From positions 186,001-250,000 of the forward strand of contig NIVC01000762.1 in the NCBI GenBank assembly GCA_002269645.1: a stretch of DNA of 64,000 nucleotides, written 5' to 3'. A program made the position numbers and the translations under genes. Within the stretch, counting starts at the first letter, position 1, and each line of letters begins with the position of its first letter. The notes beneath the pieces are model-generated. The model ran no database searches, was not told where the DNA came from, and worked only from the letters and a program-made list of their open reading frames with translations. The DNA is from Macrostomum lignano (taxonomy: Eukaryota). Positions 37,852-50,600 of this stretch are shown here, one piece after another.

Positions 37852-39750
37852 TCAATCCCAAATATCTAGACAGCTTTCAAAATCAACATCATAAGAGTTA
37901 AACATCGAATCCGAGCCACTGAAAGCGCCATCTGCACCCGATCCACCCTTCGAAGGTGTGGTTTTGCCGCACACTGTGCAAAGAACACGCGAACCATTGG
38001 AGACGCTGGGCGCAGTTGGAGACACGGCGGTGCAATGCGGGCAGGCAAAGTCAACTGAAGTTGAAATCTCCGACAATGTGGGTGACAAATCGCGACGATT
38101 GAAATTCAGCTTCGGTTTATTGTTTGACGAAAAAAAATCCAGTCGCATGGGACGCTGGGCGAGACCCGGGTTCAAAGATTTCGATGGTGCCACTAGAGGC
38201 GCAGATGTAGGTCGCTGCGCTTTGCCCACCTTACTGCTCATAGGGCCAGCCAGAAAGTCCGGCGCACCTACACGGTCCTTCTTCTTGTTGCCACGCATGG
38301 CGCTGGCCAGGGCCTCCTTGAGGTGCGACTCGCACAGACCCGCCTCGACCACCGGCCTCCCGCACTCCCCGTCCTCCAGACCGCCTCCAGACGTCTCCTT
38401 CTGCTCCTGGACGCTGCACCGACCTACAGCGCCCGCCACTCCGACAAGCTCCAGCTGAACGCCCCGCTCCAGCGCCGCCTGCCGAACCTTCTCCAACGGC
38501 CAGTCTCTGAACGTCTCCACGCACTCCGACCCGTGGTGGCAGTGGAGTCCCTTGTTCCCGCCGCAGCACTCCTGTCGAACAAACAGACTGCCGCAGTCGC
38601 TGCAGAACTCCGCCTTGCACTGCCTGCACGTCAGGTGAAGACAGCCGCCTCGAGACAGCTCGAACTGGAAGCCGCACTTTGGACACGAGCTGCCCCGACT
38701 CTCCAGGAACTGCGCCAGTCCGCGCTCGCTCAAGTCCGTCTGCTGACGCCACTCGCCGAACTGCTGGCAGCTCACGCCTCGGTGCCGCTCGTGCCACGCC
38801 TTGCCGCACTTCCTGCACGTCTCCTTGCCGCAGTGCGGGCACCGCACCTGCCTGTCGTGGTGCTCCGACACCTCGAAACCGTTCGAGCACCCGCTGCACC
38901 AGCAGAAGTTGTCCGTCAGCTTCAGTCGCCAGTCGCGCAGTCTCTCATCCAGCTTCTTCATCACTACGGGCTTCAGCTTGCCCGCCAGCAACCTCTGCAG
39001 CAGCGGAAAGTACTCGCACGACGTGTCCGTCAGAGCTCGGTCGTCCAGCTTGTCGCACACCGGACACGTCAGCACCGACACCGAGCTGTCGTGCATCAGG
39101 CGCACCTCGATCTGCTGGCACAGACAGTCGCTGCAGACCTCGCAGCCGCACAGGGGAACCTCGACCAGCTTCTTCTCGTCGATGCACACCGGGCACTCTT
39201 TGCTAGCAGTAGTTTCCGTTGGAGATGCTTTAGAGTTTCGAATAGAAATCGCTCTGAGCGGTCGAATTTGATCCCACTGCAGCACACCTTCAGTAGCCCT
39301 GTGAGTAGGGTAAAACGGCTCCAAACTCCTAGTGAAAATGTCATCCGCTTCTACAGCACCCGTGTCCTGCTCTTCTGCTAGGCGTCTTCGGAGACCCGAG
39401 GAGCTGCTTGTCTCGCTCATCCGTGTTTTTGAAAATCGCTGAAACATATCTCTGAAAGGTTCGGCTGCTGCATCCGTTTTGGGGTCTCGCAAGCTCCACG
39501 AATCACAGGCTGCATCGTCAAAACGTTGCCTGTGGTGCTGATTTTTACGAGACTTTGGCTTGGGTGCCCGTTCAAGATGCTGTGCTCTCTGCTGTCGCTG
39601 GTGCAGATCCAGAAGCTCCTCACAAGAGACTGACTTGGAACACACGCTGCAGATAATGCGAATTTTAGGATTGGAAGTGTCGCACGTAGCCGAGTTGATA
39701 AATGTGCAGTGCTGGCACTGCCACTCAATGTTTTGGCTAGCTGATGCCAT
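37852..39750 (-). CDS. RBR E3 ligase F (632 aa): NZF, RING1-IBR-RING2, truncated LDD, C-terminal zinc finger
   Basis: RING2 CPKCGFQFELSRGGCLHLTC keeps the catalytic Cys and His. FRDW and CESHLKEAL match the first part of the LDD. Start taken at MASASQ by comparison with paralogs. Confidence 0.9.
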   Translation of the reverse strand: MASASQNIEWQCQHCTFINSATCDTSNPKIRIICSVCSKSVSCEELLDLHQRQQRAQHLERAPKPKSRKNQHHRQRFDDAACDSWSLRDPKTDAAAEPFRDMFQRFSKTRMSETSSSSGLRRRLAEEQDTGAVEADDIFTRSLEPFYPTHRATEGVLQWDQIRPLRAISIRNSKASPTETTASKECPVCIDEKKLVEVPLCGCEVCSDCLCQQIEVRLMHDSSVSVLTCPVCDKLDDRALTDTSCEYFPLLQRLLAGKLKPVVMKKLDERLRDWRLKLTDNFCWCSGCSNGFEVSEHHDRQVRCPHCGKETCRKCGKAWHERHRGVSCQQFGEWRQQTDLSERGLAQFLESRGSSCPKCGFQFELSRGGCLHLTCRQCKAEFCSDCGSLFVRQECCGGNKGLHCHHGSECVETFRDWPLEKVRQAALERGVQLELVGVAGAVGRCSVQEQKETSGGGLEDGECGRPVVEAGLCESHLKEALASAMRGNKKKDRVGAPDFLAGPMSSKVGKAQRPTSAPLVAPSKSLNPGLAQRPMRLDFFSSNNKPKLNFNRRDLSPTLSEISTSVDFACPHCTAVSPTAPSVSNGSRVLCTVCGKTTPSKGGSGADGAFSGSDSMFNSYDVDFESCLDIWD

Positions 39751-41747
39751 GCGATTTGGTGCTGCAAGCTTGCAAACCTTTGCTGCAAGGAGTTTATTTA
39801 AACAAAATTTAGTCAACTTTGAACTAAAAGGATAATCAGTTTGAGAAAACAATGTTGGAAAGCTTGCAATATAAATTTTTAAAACTTAGGAGGAACTCAA
39901 GAATATCATAGTAATGTAATATAATATAGGTAAATAGTATCCTATACTACTCATGTTAGATATATATCATAAGAGCGATTAGATTATGTATATTTTGTCA
40001 ATAAACACCCGCCCCATATGCTCTTTTAGTAGTAAAAGTAGCGCTTTCAGCTGTTATCTAATTCAATAGAGAGTGGCATATCTAGTGACTTTAGCAGCTC
40101 GTAGTAGTACCAGTGGCCTCTACCATTAGCTAAATATTTTCGTTAACTTTACTATGTAAAACTTATAAAGAAAAAAACGATTTGAGACTTGCAATGCAAT
40201 GCGAAGGCAATTTAAATCTCAAAAGTATATTTTATAAAAATATTTTAAGCCATCTTGTTAAAAATACCGCTGTTGACTTAAAAAAATCAATTATTGTAGC
40301 AAAATATGAACTAGGATAAAAATAATTGGACAATAAATTTGATTGGCCTAATTTGGAAACTTTTAAGAAACGTATCAACAGTGAGCATACCGGTATACAG
40401 GTACACACTTAAGGTGGAAACTTATGAAGGCGAAGACATAATTCTAATTCTAGACAAATTGGATTTTGAAAAAAACTTTAAACAAATCAAGAATTTAATA
40501 CTAAAATCATTAAGGCTGATTAACATTATCATAGAATGAGCAATCAAGTCGCACTATCGATGTAAAAAGGAATGAAAGCTGCTGTAGGAGTTACGAGCGT
40601 AACCACACGAAATTGGACCTTTATTTGATTTGATGTCAGTGTAAACAACACTTTACCTCTTTTGACGAACACACTTAAGAAAACTTTATTTACTAGCAGT
40701 CGAAAAATAGTGTCACGAAAATTTCCTACAAACAACTGCGTGTAGTGACGATTGAAAGTTTTCAAAATACACTACAAATCGATTGAGCATCAATTGATTG
40801 CTTGTTTAAGCTAATTCATTTTACTGCCATTATTCATAGAACAAGCTTAAAATCAACTAATTGTCTACGCAGTAAATTGACTCAAATGTAATTAACTGTG
40901 TACCTGCAAATGTCATGCGACACAAAAAAGAAAGGACATCAAAACAACGAGAAACAAATACAAAATGGAAATATATAATAAAAATACTAAACGATGCTTT
41001 TTACACGTGCTTTCTTTGATTTCTTTCTAGCAAGCAGTTTCTGCCTACACTGCTCACTTTGGCAAGTGGCTTTTATCTACTTGTCGAAACTTGTCTCTGA
41101 CAATGCTCTTAGTGCTTGAGCAGCTAGAATGCATTGTGCGCTGAAACTTACAAGAAAATATTTTTTAATTAAGACAAAAATTCGGCCGCAAGTGACGCCC
41201 GCCCCTCGGCCCTCGCCCATACAGCGAAGACGGGGTGAAAGGCCCCTGGCTAGAGGAAGGGGCAGATAAAACGCACGCAAAGTACTCGTACACAGAGTGC
41301 ACAAAGCTGTCCCAGAGAGAGCAAAGTGACTCATAATAAAACACACATATGCTTTGCCTACGGTAGTGTAATCAAAACACTTCCTCGAGAAACCTACACC
41401 ACCACCTATCGATCAAAAAAGTAAGTGACAATGCGCTAGTATGCAAAATTAAAGTATACAAGGGCTATAAACAGAGAAAAAGTAAAAAACCATCAACGAT
41501 TCATCACTTGCATAAAATCAAAAAGAGTCAGAAGTTATTGAACATAGGAAACTTACAAAACTTCTCAAAAAAATCAGCAAAATACATGTTGTTTTAACAA
41601 AATTATGAAACATTTTAAAACAATAACTTGAACACATACTCGAAACGAGCATTTCAGATTTTGTAACATGGCAATTTAAAATCAAACGTTAAAGCCGCGA
41701 AGGAACGAATAGCTCGACTAACTGTTTTGTTCATCAACGTTCTACAT

Positions 41748-43472
41748 TTACACCAAAACTTCTTTCTCTTTGCTACCCAACAGCGGTGGCACCATTTTTT
41801 TTAGCCGGTCGCGGTAAACTCTCATCTTCTCTCTTGCAGCAAAAGCAGGGTTGGAGGCGTTGACTTTCGGCAGGGCCAAACCAAACCTTCTGAACATCTC
41901 CAGCAGCTCATTCTCACTGGCAACATCTACTAAATCAAGCGCGTTTGCATTGATGAGCTGAATTAGATACTCACGGTAGTGCCTGTCGCATATACCCGGC
42001 TTGTTATGAGAAACTTTTTCGGTACAAGGATATATACCAATCAACTTTCGTTCTATCTTCAAATCAGGAAGCTCACAAGCTTTGTTAACTTTTGAGCATG
42101 CTTCGCTTACTTTAATCTTATTTCTCCTCAACAAATCAAGTAGAGTCGTCTGTTTTACTTGCTTCAAATAAAAGTAGCACTGGCGCTGGTGGTGCACATG
42201 AATTCCTTTAATTTGGCAGCCTTCGTGAGGTCTCAACTGAGGGCTTCGACAAAATGGACAGAATGAATGCCCACATCTGCAGTGAAACACAGGAACTCCA
42301 GATTTGGACACTCGTTGGTAGCAAAGAATGCAGACTGGGCAAACCAAATCAAAAGTCAGAAGCTCCATCATCTGATCGTGCAGGTTTGCGTCAGTAGGCG
42401 AGAAGCCTTGCTTTTGAGCAGCTATGTGCATTTCGTTATAATCTCCTTTTTGTTGAATACCTGCTGCATAATCCCGATAACTGCTGCAGCCCATCCGATA
42501 GTGATCAACCCAGAACCCGAAGCATTTCTTGCAGGCATTCCGTTTGCAAACTTTGCAGTAACTTTCGCACTGCCGAGTGTCCATTTTCGGTAGTCCACCA
42601 TTCCTATGAGGACAATAACCATTCGAAGTGTTTAATGGAACTGTCGAGGCATCTTTAGAGGCTTTTGATTTTGTCCCTTTCTTTCCTGCGGCTTCGACCA
42701 CTTCCCAACCTTCGTCGCTATTTTTGCTTGAATTTTCTTCAAGGTGCACCACTGCATACTCCACAGTGTCAGAGCCAAGCAAATCCGCCATTTCCATCAG
42801 CTGCATCCTCATGAAATCCCGACTGTCTTCATCATCGCACACATCCTTGCAGACAGGGCACTGAATTCTGCTGCTTTTCAGCTCAAGAAGAAATTTCCGA
42901 AAACACTCTGGACACATTTGGCACTCGCATGCTGCCATGGCAACAAGTTTGTGACGCGGTAAATCATTCGAACAGCGGCTGCACTTGCGACGCAATTGGC
43001 TCAGCAGAGCATCGTCTTCGAACGCTAGGACACCACACGACTCAATCGCAACTGCAAGGTCTGATTCGGAAAACTCGTTAAACTTGGGCATGCTTTTGAC
43101 AGCCAGAACTCTCTCTGCTACCCAGTCTTCCACTCTGAGCTGCAAAGCCAGGTTTTGAGCTCTATCGGACCATTCGATAGAATCGCTTCCTGCTGCTCCG
43201 ACTGCAGCACTGGCGGCTGATGTGGCTGCGGAGGTCAGCATGGACGCAGCAGCAGCGGCTTCACTGCGAGCGACTGCGCCTCCTTTAGTGGTTCCACCAC
43301 TGAGTTCGGTAGTCTGTGCGCAAGCAGAGCAAATTCCAAGCCCAGTTTCTGGCTGCGATGGAGCCGGGTTCACCAGCGTGCAGTGATTGCAGACCCAGCT
43401 ACCGTTGCTTTGAGAATTGTTTTCTTGGAAATTTTGAGAGGTTACATTTGAAGGAACATTTGTTGCATGATG
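41748..43472 (-). CDS. Gene G, 3' part: NZF, RING1, inactive C-type RING2, LDD-like; open frame behind an in-frame TGA
   Basis: Same frame as 43473-45467 with no further lesion; colinear with the C-terminal half of C; RING2 reads SGVPVFHC. Confidence 0.65.
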   Translation of the reverse strand, partial: HHATNVPSNVTSQNFQENNSQSNGSWVCNHCTLVNPAPSQPETGLGICSACAQTTELSGGTTKGGAVARSEAAAAASMLTSAATSAASAAVGAAGSDSIEWSDRAQNLALQLRVEDWVAERVLAVKSMPKFNEFSESDLAVAIESCGVLAFEDDALLSQLRRKCSRCSNDLPRHKLVAMAACECQMCPECFRKFLLELKSSRIQCPVCKDVCDDEDSRDFMRMQLMEMADLLGSDTVEYAVVHLEENSSKNSDEGWEVVEAAGKKGTKSKASKDASTVPLNTSNGYCPHRNGGLPKMDTRQCESYCKVCKRNACKKCFGFWVDHYRMGCSSYRDYAAGIQQKGDYNEMHIAAQKQGFSPTDANLHDQMMELLTFDLVCPVCILCYQRVSKSGVPVFHCRCGHSFCPFCRSPQLRPHEGCQIKGIHVHHQRQCYFYLKQVKQTTLLDLLRRNKIKVSEACSKVNKACELPDLKIERKLIGIYPCTEKVSHNKPGICDRHYREYLIQLINANALDLVDVASENELLEMFRRFGLALPKVNASNPAFAAREKMRVYRDRLKKMVPPLLGSKEKEVLV

Positions 43473-45467
43473 TCAATGTAGTTGCCGATTCTGTTCTTTC
43501 TTCTGTTGCTCTCTCAGCTGTTGCTCTCTCTGCTGTTGCTCTCTCTGCTGTTGCTCTCTCTGCTGTTGCTCTCTCTGCTGTTGCTCTCTCTGCTGTTGCT
43601 CTCTCTGCTGTTGCTCTCTCTGCTGTTGCTCTCTCTGCTGTTGCTCTCTCTGCTGTTTCTCTCTCAGCTGTCGCTCTCTCAGCTGTTGCTCTCTCAGCTG
43701 TTGCTCTCTCTGCTGTTGCTCTCTCTGCTGTTGCTCTCTCTGCTGTTGCTCTCTCTGATGTTGCTCTCTCTGCTGTTTCTCTCTCAGCTGTCGCTCTCTC
43801 AGCTGTTGCTCTCTCTGCTGTTGCTCTCTCTGCTGTTGCTCTCTCTGCTGCTGCTCTCTCTGCTGCTGCTCTCTCTGCTGTTCAGCCCGCTGTGGATTCA
43901 TCTGCTGCTCAAAAAAATCATTTGCTTTATCTTGACCTTCAATTTTACCTCGCTGAGTCAAGAGCAAAAACAAATTCTGCTGCTCTCTCAGCGTCTTCTT
44001 GTTGCCATGCATGGCGCTGGCCAGGGCCTCCTTGAGGTGCGACTCGCACAGACCCGACTCGACCACCGGCCTCCCGCACTCCCCGTCCTCCAAACCGCCT
44101 CCTGACGTCTCCTTCTGCTCCTGGACGCTGCACCGACCTACAGCGCCCGCCACTCCGACAAGCTCCAGCTGAACGCCCCGCTCCAGCGCCGCCTGCCGAA
44201 CCTTCTCCAACGGCCAGTCTCTGAACGTCTCCACGCACTCCGACCCGTGGTGGCAGTGGAGTCCCTTGTTCCCGCCGCAGCACTCCTGTCGAACAAACAG
44301 ACTGCCGCAGTCGCTGCAGAACTCCGCCTTGCACTGCCTGCACGTCAGGTGAAGACAGCCGCCTCGAGACAGCTCGAACTGGAAGCCGCACTTTGGACAC
44401 GAGCTGCCCCGACTCTCCAGGAACTGCGCCAGTCCGCGCTCGCTCAAGTCCGTCTGCTGACGCCACTCGCCGAACTGCTGGCAGCTCACGCCTCGGTGCC
44501 GCTCGTGCCACGCCTTGCCGCACTTCCTGCACGTCTCCTTGCCGCAGTGCGGGCACCGCACCTGCCTGTCGTGGTGCTCCGACACCTCGAAACCGTTCGA
44601 GCACCCGCTGCACCAGCAGAAGTTGTCCGTCAGCTTCAGTCGCCAGTCGCGCAGTCTCTCATCCAGCTTCTTCATCACTGCGGGCTTCAGCTGGCCCGCC
44701 AGCAACCTCTGCAGCAGCGGAAAGTACTCGCACGACGTGTCCGTCAGAGCTCGGTCGTCCAGCTTGTCGCACACCGGACACGTCAGCACCGACACCGAGC
44801 TGTCGTGCATCAGGCGCACCTCGATCTGCTGGCACAGACAGTCGCTGCAGACCTCGCAGTCGCACAGGGGAACCTCGACCAGCTTCTTGTCGTCGATGCA
44901 CACTGGGCACTCTTTGCTAGCAGTAGTTTCCATTGGAGCTGCTTTAGAGTTTCGAATAGAAATAGCTCTGAGCGGTCGAATTTGATCCCACTGCAGCACA
45001 CCTTCAGTAGCCCTGTGAGTAGGGTAAAACGGCTTCGAACTCCTAGTGAAAATGTCATTCGCTTCTACAGCACCTGGGTCCCGCTCTTCGCCTATGCATC
45101 TTCGAAGACCCAATGTGCTGCTTGTCTCGCTCATCCGGGTCCTCGAAAATCGCTGAGACATACTAATGCTCAAAGGTTCGGCTGCTGCATCCGTTTCGGC
45201 GTCTCGCAAACTCCACGAAGCACGGGATTCATCGTCAAAGCTTTGCCTGTGCTGTTGGTTTTTACGAGGCTTTGGCTTGGGTGCCCGTTCAAGATGCTGT
45301 GCTCTCTGTTGTCGCTGGTGCAGATCCAGAAGCTCCTCACAAGAGACTGACTTGGAACACACGCTGCAGATAATGCGACTTTTAGGATTAGAAGTGTCGC
45401 ATACAGACGAGTTAATAAATGTGCAGTGCTGGCACTGCCACTCAATGTTTTCACTAGCTGATGCCAT
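43473..45467 (-). CDS. Gene G, 5' part (664 aa): NZF, intact F-type RBR, truncated LDD, QQREQ repeat
   Basis: RBR nearly identical to F; ends in TGA at 43473-43475. Confidence 0.88.
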   Translation of the reverse strand: MASASENIEWQCQHCTFINSSVCDTSNPKSRIICSVCSKSVSCEELLDLHQRQQRAQHLERAPKPKPRKNQQHRQSFDDESRASWSLRDAETDAAAEPLSISMSQRFSRTRMSETSSTLGLRRCIGEERDPGAVEANDIFTRSSKPFYPTHRATEGVLQWDQIRPLRAISIRNSKAAPMETTASKECPVCIDDKKLVEVPLCDCEVCSDCLCQQIEVRLMHDSSVSVLTCPVCDKLDDRALTDTSCEYFPLLQRLLAGQLKPAVMKKLDERLRDWRLKLTDNFCWCSGCSNGFEVSEHHDRQVRCPHCGKETCRKCGKAWHERHRGVSCQQFGEWRQQTDLSERGLAQFLESRGSSCPKCGFQFELSRGGCLHLTCRQCKAEFCSDCGSLFVRQECCGGNKGLHCHHGSECVETFRDWPLEKVRQAALERGVQLELVGVAGAVGRCSVQEQKETSGGGLEDGECGRPVVESGLCESHLKEALASAMHGNKKTLREQQNLFLLLTQRGKIEGQDKANDFFEQQMNPQRAEQQREQQQREQQQREQQQREQQQREQQLRERQLREKQQREQHQREQQQREQQQREQQQREQQLREQQLRERQLREKQQREQQQREQQQREQQQREQQQREQQQREQQQREQQQREQQQREQQLREQQKKEQNRQLH

Positions 45468-47615
45468 GCGAGTTGGTGCTGCAAGCCTGCAGGGATTTGC
45501 TGCAATGAGTTCAGTTAAACAAAATTTAGCTAAATTTGAATTAGAAGATCGTTAGTTCAAGAAAACAATGTTTGAAAGCTTGCAATATTAAAATTCTAAG
45601 GCTACGAGCTATGAGCTTCTCAAAAATATCATTGTAATATAATACATTAAATAGAACGATATAATATTCGACTCACTTTAGATATAGATCATACGATCAA
45701 TTAAATTAGATCAAACTCTATTAAAATGCATCCCATTTATTCTTTTCAGTAGCAAAATCGGCTTTTTCTGCATCCATCTATACGACTGGCAAATCTAGTG
45801 ATTTTAGCAGCTTTTTAAACCTACGGCTACTGCCGCTAACTAAATATTTTCATAAATTTTACTGTGTAAAACTTAAAAGGAAGTAAAACGACTTGGCACT
45901 TGCAAAAATATTCTAACAATGCGAAGACAATTAAAAGTCGAAATTGTATATTTTATAAATAAAAATTTGTATGATCAATTGTAAAAAATATAACCGTTGT
46001 CCAATTGAAAAATATTGCAGATTGTAGAAAAATATGAACTCTAAGGATGAAAAATCATTGGACAATAATTTTGATTGGCCTAGTTTGGCATTTTAAGAAA
46101 TGCACAAACAGTGAGCGTGTACATGTACCGGTACACACCCAACAACCTGTTAAAAGTTTCCATCCCGAAACAAGTGGTCAAATTTTCCCAGCTCTCAGTC
46201 CCAAGTGACGCAATCCACACTACGCCTGAGCGGTTCTCTTCTTAACTATGGGCGATGCAGTTTGCGCCACAAAGCCCAGCTGAGGCTGGTGAGGAGAGAG
46301 TGGAGTTATGGCTGGAGTTGGATTAAAACTGTCATTTGTTCACCATTGGATTGAAAAAATTAGAGTTGAATGAAAATCAGCCGATACTACTGGTATAAAG
46401 TATCGAAACTAATACGGTAAAGTTCGGCTTAGTCAGAGTACAAAACGGAAGCGTAGCACAAATAAATGGTTAGTATAACTTAAATTATAGTCTCAAATGG
46501 AAATAAAATCCAGATAAAATAAAAAAATTTGGATAATTTGAAACGATTTAAAATTGTGTCACGATAAAATGGCCCATACGGTAAAAATCTACTGTAAAAA
46601 ATTAAAATAATAAAATAAAAAATCAAAGACATTGTTTAGACTTAGCTCATGCAGATAATTTTCTAGTTCCAATGTTTCCTTGGATATCAAATAAATAACT
46701 AAAAAATTAAACATTGAAAAACCCATTCAAAGAAATATTTTGAGGATTTTTTCTTAGTTTAGTTTTCAGATTGTACACTCGTATAAGATTTTGACTCATT
46801 TGTTCCGTTAATACGGGTGTTAGGGTGTGAAAAAACAAGTTCAAAGTATTTGAAATTAAATATGTCTATTAGCGAAAATTTTTATTTTAACTAACTATTA
46901 AATCGATCCATTAACAGTAGAATTACAAAAGATACTACGTTTTTACTACCAAAAAACTTTTTATGCTGCGCTGAACGGAGCAACGCAGGCAACATGCATA
47001 CCTTGTTGCGAATTTCTTTATTTTCGCCGATCGAACCTCGACAGTGGGTAAACCTCAACTGCTGGACATCCTCAGCTAGTCTCTCAAAGCATTTCCGTCC
47101 ATAGTCACCTGATGTTACCTGTTGAAGGTCAAGAAGCTACGCCTGTGTGAAGGCATGTGACCAACGAAGTCAAAGCTGATGTAGACACGTGGCCGTCGTG
47201 CTAATAAAATTTGGAGGCTTGGAACGGCTGCACTGAGAAGCAGTGCTGATTGGCGCAGAGGGGAGCATTGAATACAATAGGGCTTAAGAGAAAAATCCAA
47301 TCTTCTAGCAGGATCGTCGAGTATCTCGACGGTCTGGAATGCTGGCGACTTGATTGTTGTTTAAAAAGTTGCGCAGCAAAAAGTTAGCCAGAAAACGATC
47401 TTTAATTTCGTTTTCCTGCGTTGCTCCGTTCCAGGGCAGCAAAAAATTGTCAGGGGGGATTCCCCTCTTGGTAGTTCGACGGACGGCAAAATGGCTCTGT
47501 ATTCCTACTGCTACGAGCGTAATTTGATACAGAGTAATCCTATTCATGAAAATGTCTGATTCGAAAATAGGGAACATCTCTAAAAAATATTAGAAGAGTG
47601 TACCGTCATGGTGAG

Positions 47616-50600
47616 TCACTTCACAAGTGGCTTCTGCTGAGCAATCAAAGCTCGCAGGGCAGCCACGTTGTTCTCGCCGACTCCTGAAAAGTCAATTCCT
47701 TCCCGTAGACAGGCTCCCCTGAGCTCGCCTTCGTCCATCACACTGACGGGATCCAGCTTTTGTTTGTTCACCAGCGATACAAGGTACTCAATGTAGTGCT
47801 TCTCGCACAGGTTCGCCTGGCCCGGTTTCACATCGACACCGCACGGCTCATCCTTCAAACCGTTTGCAACTTCCTTCTGCTCCATCACTTCGCATTTGTC
47901 AACTGGGTTCTCAGCTTCGCTCTCGAACTCCACCTTGTGTAAATTCAGCAGCCGCTGCAGCCGGTCCACTCCAAAGTCTCTAAGGTAAAAGAGACAGTCT
48001 CTCGGGTGTTTGCAACTCAGGCCTCTGCCGTGAATAATTGTATGCTCGCCGTCACAGTCTGCGCAGAATTTAAAGCGGCACATTCGGCAGGTAAAGTGCA
48101 GAGAACCACCCTTTGCTAAGGCGTACTGGAAGCGACAATTAGGACATTCAATGCCATTGGCTTGTAGAAAAAATCCAACACCTTTCTCCTGATATTCTGG
48201 ATCATTGTCCATCAGCCACTTCTCAAACTGGTCGCAGTCAATGCCTTCATGCTGATCTTTCCACGGCTTTTTGCACTCTTTGCAGGTAAAGGCCTCACAA
48301 TTAGGACATTGGAACTTTAAACCGATCATGATGTCTCCGAGAACCATTCCAAAGCCACAGCTGCTGCACCAGCGAAAGTTTGGATCTCGAAAAAGATTCC
48401 ACTCTGTGATCTTCTTCTCGACAAGATCAACAACGTTTTCATCAAATTTATATTCAGATTGTTTAAAGCCTTGTATCTGTTTGATCTGTGGCAGAAGAAT
48501 TCCGAAATGGCTTTCAAACTCCTCTATTTGATTTGCATTGGGTACTTGGCACATTGGGCAACAAAGATCTGTGACATGCCCGCCACCTGTCATAGCCGTT
48601 GCTACGAAGTTACGAAAGCACTCGTGGCACAACTCACACTGGCATGAAGCCATTGGTAATAACTTGTGCTTTGGAAACTTATCAAAACAGCAACTGCACT
48701 CGCACTGCAAGTAACTTTTCACGAAGTCAACATAATCGCACCTGTTATTGCTGCCCTTTGCAGCCTCTGCAAGGTCGTAAAGATCGCGGCCCTTAAACTC
48801 GCTGTTTTGCATAAGCTGAAAAAGTATTTTAGCATCGCTAATCTTTCTTAAGTCGAACTCTACCATCAGAGAGCGAAGGGAGGCCTCACTTTCATTCACT
48901 TTTTCATTTTCAGCTTGAATATTAGTTTTGAAATCACCGTCAAAAAGCTGTTTCTCTCTTTGCTTTTGCTCTCCCACACGTTGCTCTGTCCAACTGAGTT
49001 CGGTAGTCTGTGCGCAAGCAGAGCAAATTCCAAGCCTAGTTTCTGGCTGCGACGGAGCCGGGTTGACCAGCGTGCAGTGCTTGCAGACCCAGCTGCCATC
49101 ACGTTGAGATGTGTTTTTTTGGAAATTTGGAGAGGCTACTTTTGACGGAACATTTGTTGCATGATTTTCATGTAGTTGCCGATTCTGTTCTTTCTGCTGC
49201 TCTCTCAGCTGTCGCTCTCTCTCACGTTGCTCTCTCTGCTGGTGCTCTCTCTGGTGTTGCTCTCGCTCAAGTAGCTCTTTCTCGCGCTCTCTCTCCCATT
49301 GCTCTCTCTGCTGCTGCTGAAGGCTACTGAGATATTTTCTGTGCTGCTCATAAAGATCATTTGGCCTATCTTCACCTTCAAATTGACTCTGCACATTCAC
49401 ATCCAAAAAGAAATTCTCTTGCTGGTTCTGCTGCTGCTCTCTCAGCTTCTTCTTCTTGCCCCGCATGGCGCTGGCCAGGGCTTCCTTGAGGTGCGACTCG
49501 CACAGACCCGCCTCCATCACCGGCCTCCCGCACTCCGAGTCCTCCAGACCGCCTCCTGACGTCTCCTTCTGCTCCTGGACGCTGCACCGACCTCCAGCGC
49601 CCGCCACTCCGACAAGCTCCAGCTCAACGCCCCGATCCAGCGCCGTCTGCCGAACCTTCTCCAACGGCCAGTCTCTGAACGTCTCCACGCACTCCGACCC
49701 GTGGTGGCAGTGCAGTCCCTTGTTCCCGCCGCAGCACTCCTGTCGAACAAACAGACTGCCGCAGTCGCTGCAGAACTCTGCCTTGCACTGCCTGCACGTC
49801 AGGTGAAGACAGCCGCCTCGAGACAGCTCGAACTGGAAGCCGCACTTTGGACACGAGCTGCCCCGACTCTCCAGGAACTGCGCCAGTCCGCGCTCGCTCA
49901 AGTCCGTCTGCTGACGCCACTCGCCGAACTGCTGGCAGCTCACGCCTCGGTGCCGCTCGTGCCACGCCTTGCCGCACTTCCTGCACGTCTCCTTGCCGCA
50001 GTGCGGGCACCGCACCTGCCTGTCGTGGTGCTCCGACACCTCGAAACCGTTCGAGCACCCGCTGCACCAGCAGAAGTTGTCCGTCAGCTTCAGTCGCCAG
50101 TCGCGCAGTCTCTCATCCAGCTTCTTCATCACTGCGGGCTTCAGCTGGCCCGCCAGCAACCTCTGCAGCAGCGGAAACTCGCACGACGTGTCCGTCAGAG
50201 CTCGGTCGTCCAGCTTGTCGCACACCGGACACGTCAGCACCGACACCGAGCTGTCGTGCATCAGGCGCACCTCGATCTGCTGGCACAGACAGTCGCTGCA
50301 GACCTCGCAGCCGCACAGGGGAACCTCGACCAGCTTCTTGTCGTCGGTGCACACCGGGCACTCTTTGCTAACAGTAGTTTTCGTTGGAGCTGCTTTAGAG
50401 TTTCGAACAGAAATTGTTGTGAGTGACGATTTTTTAACTGGCCGATTTTGCTTATGATGCAGCATACCTCGAGTAGCACTTTGAGTAGGGTAAAACGGCT
50501 TCAAACTCCTAGTGAAAATGTCATCCGCTTCTACAGCGTCCGGGTCATGCTCTTCGCCTATGCGTCTTCGAAGACCCGAGGAGCTGCTTGTCTCGCTCAT

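Noticed and set aside
43473-43475. Selenocysteine reading of the shared TGA
   Set aside because: Aligned residues in paralogs are Glu or Gly rather than Cys, and I saw no SECIS-like element (no formal search run).
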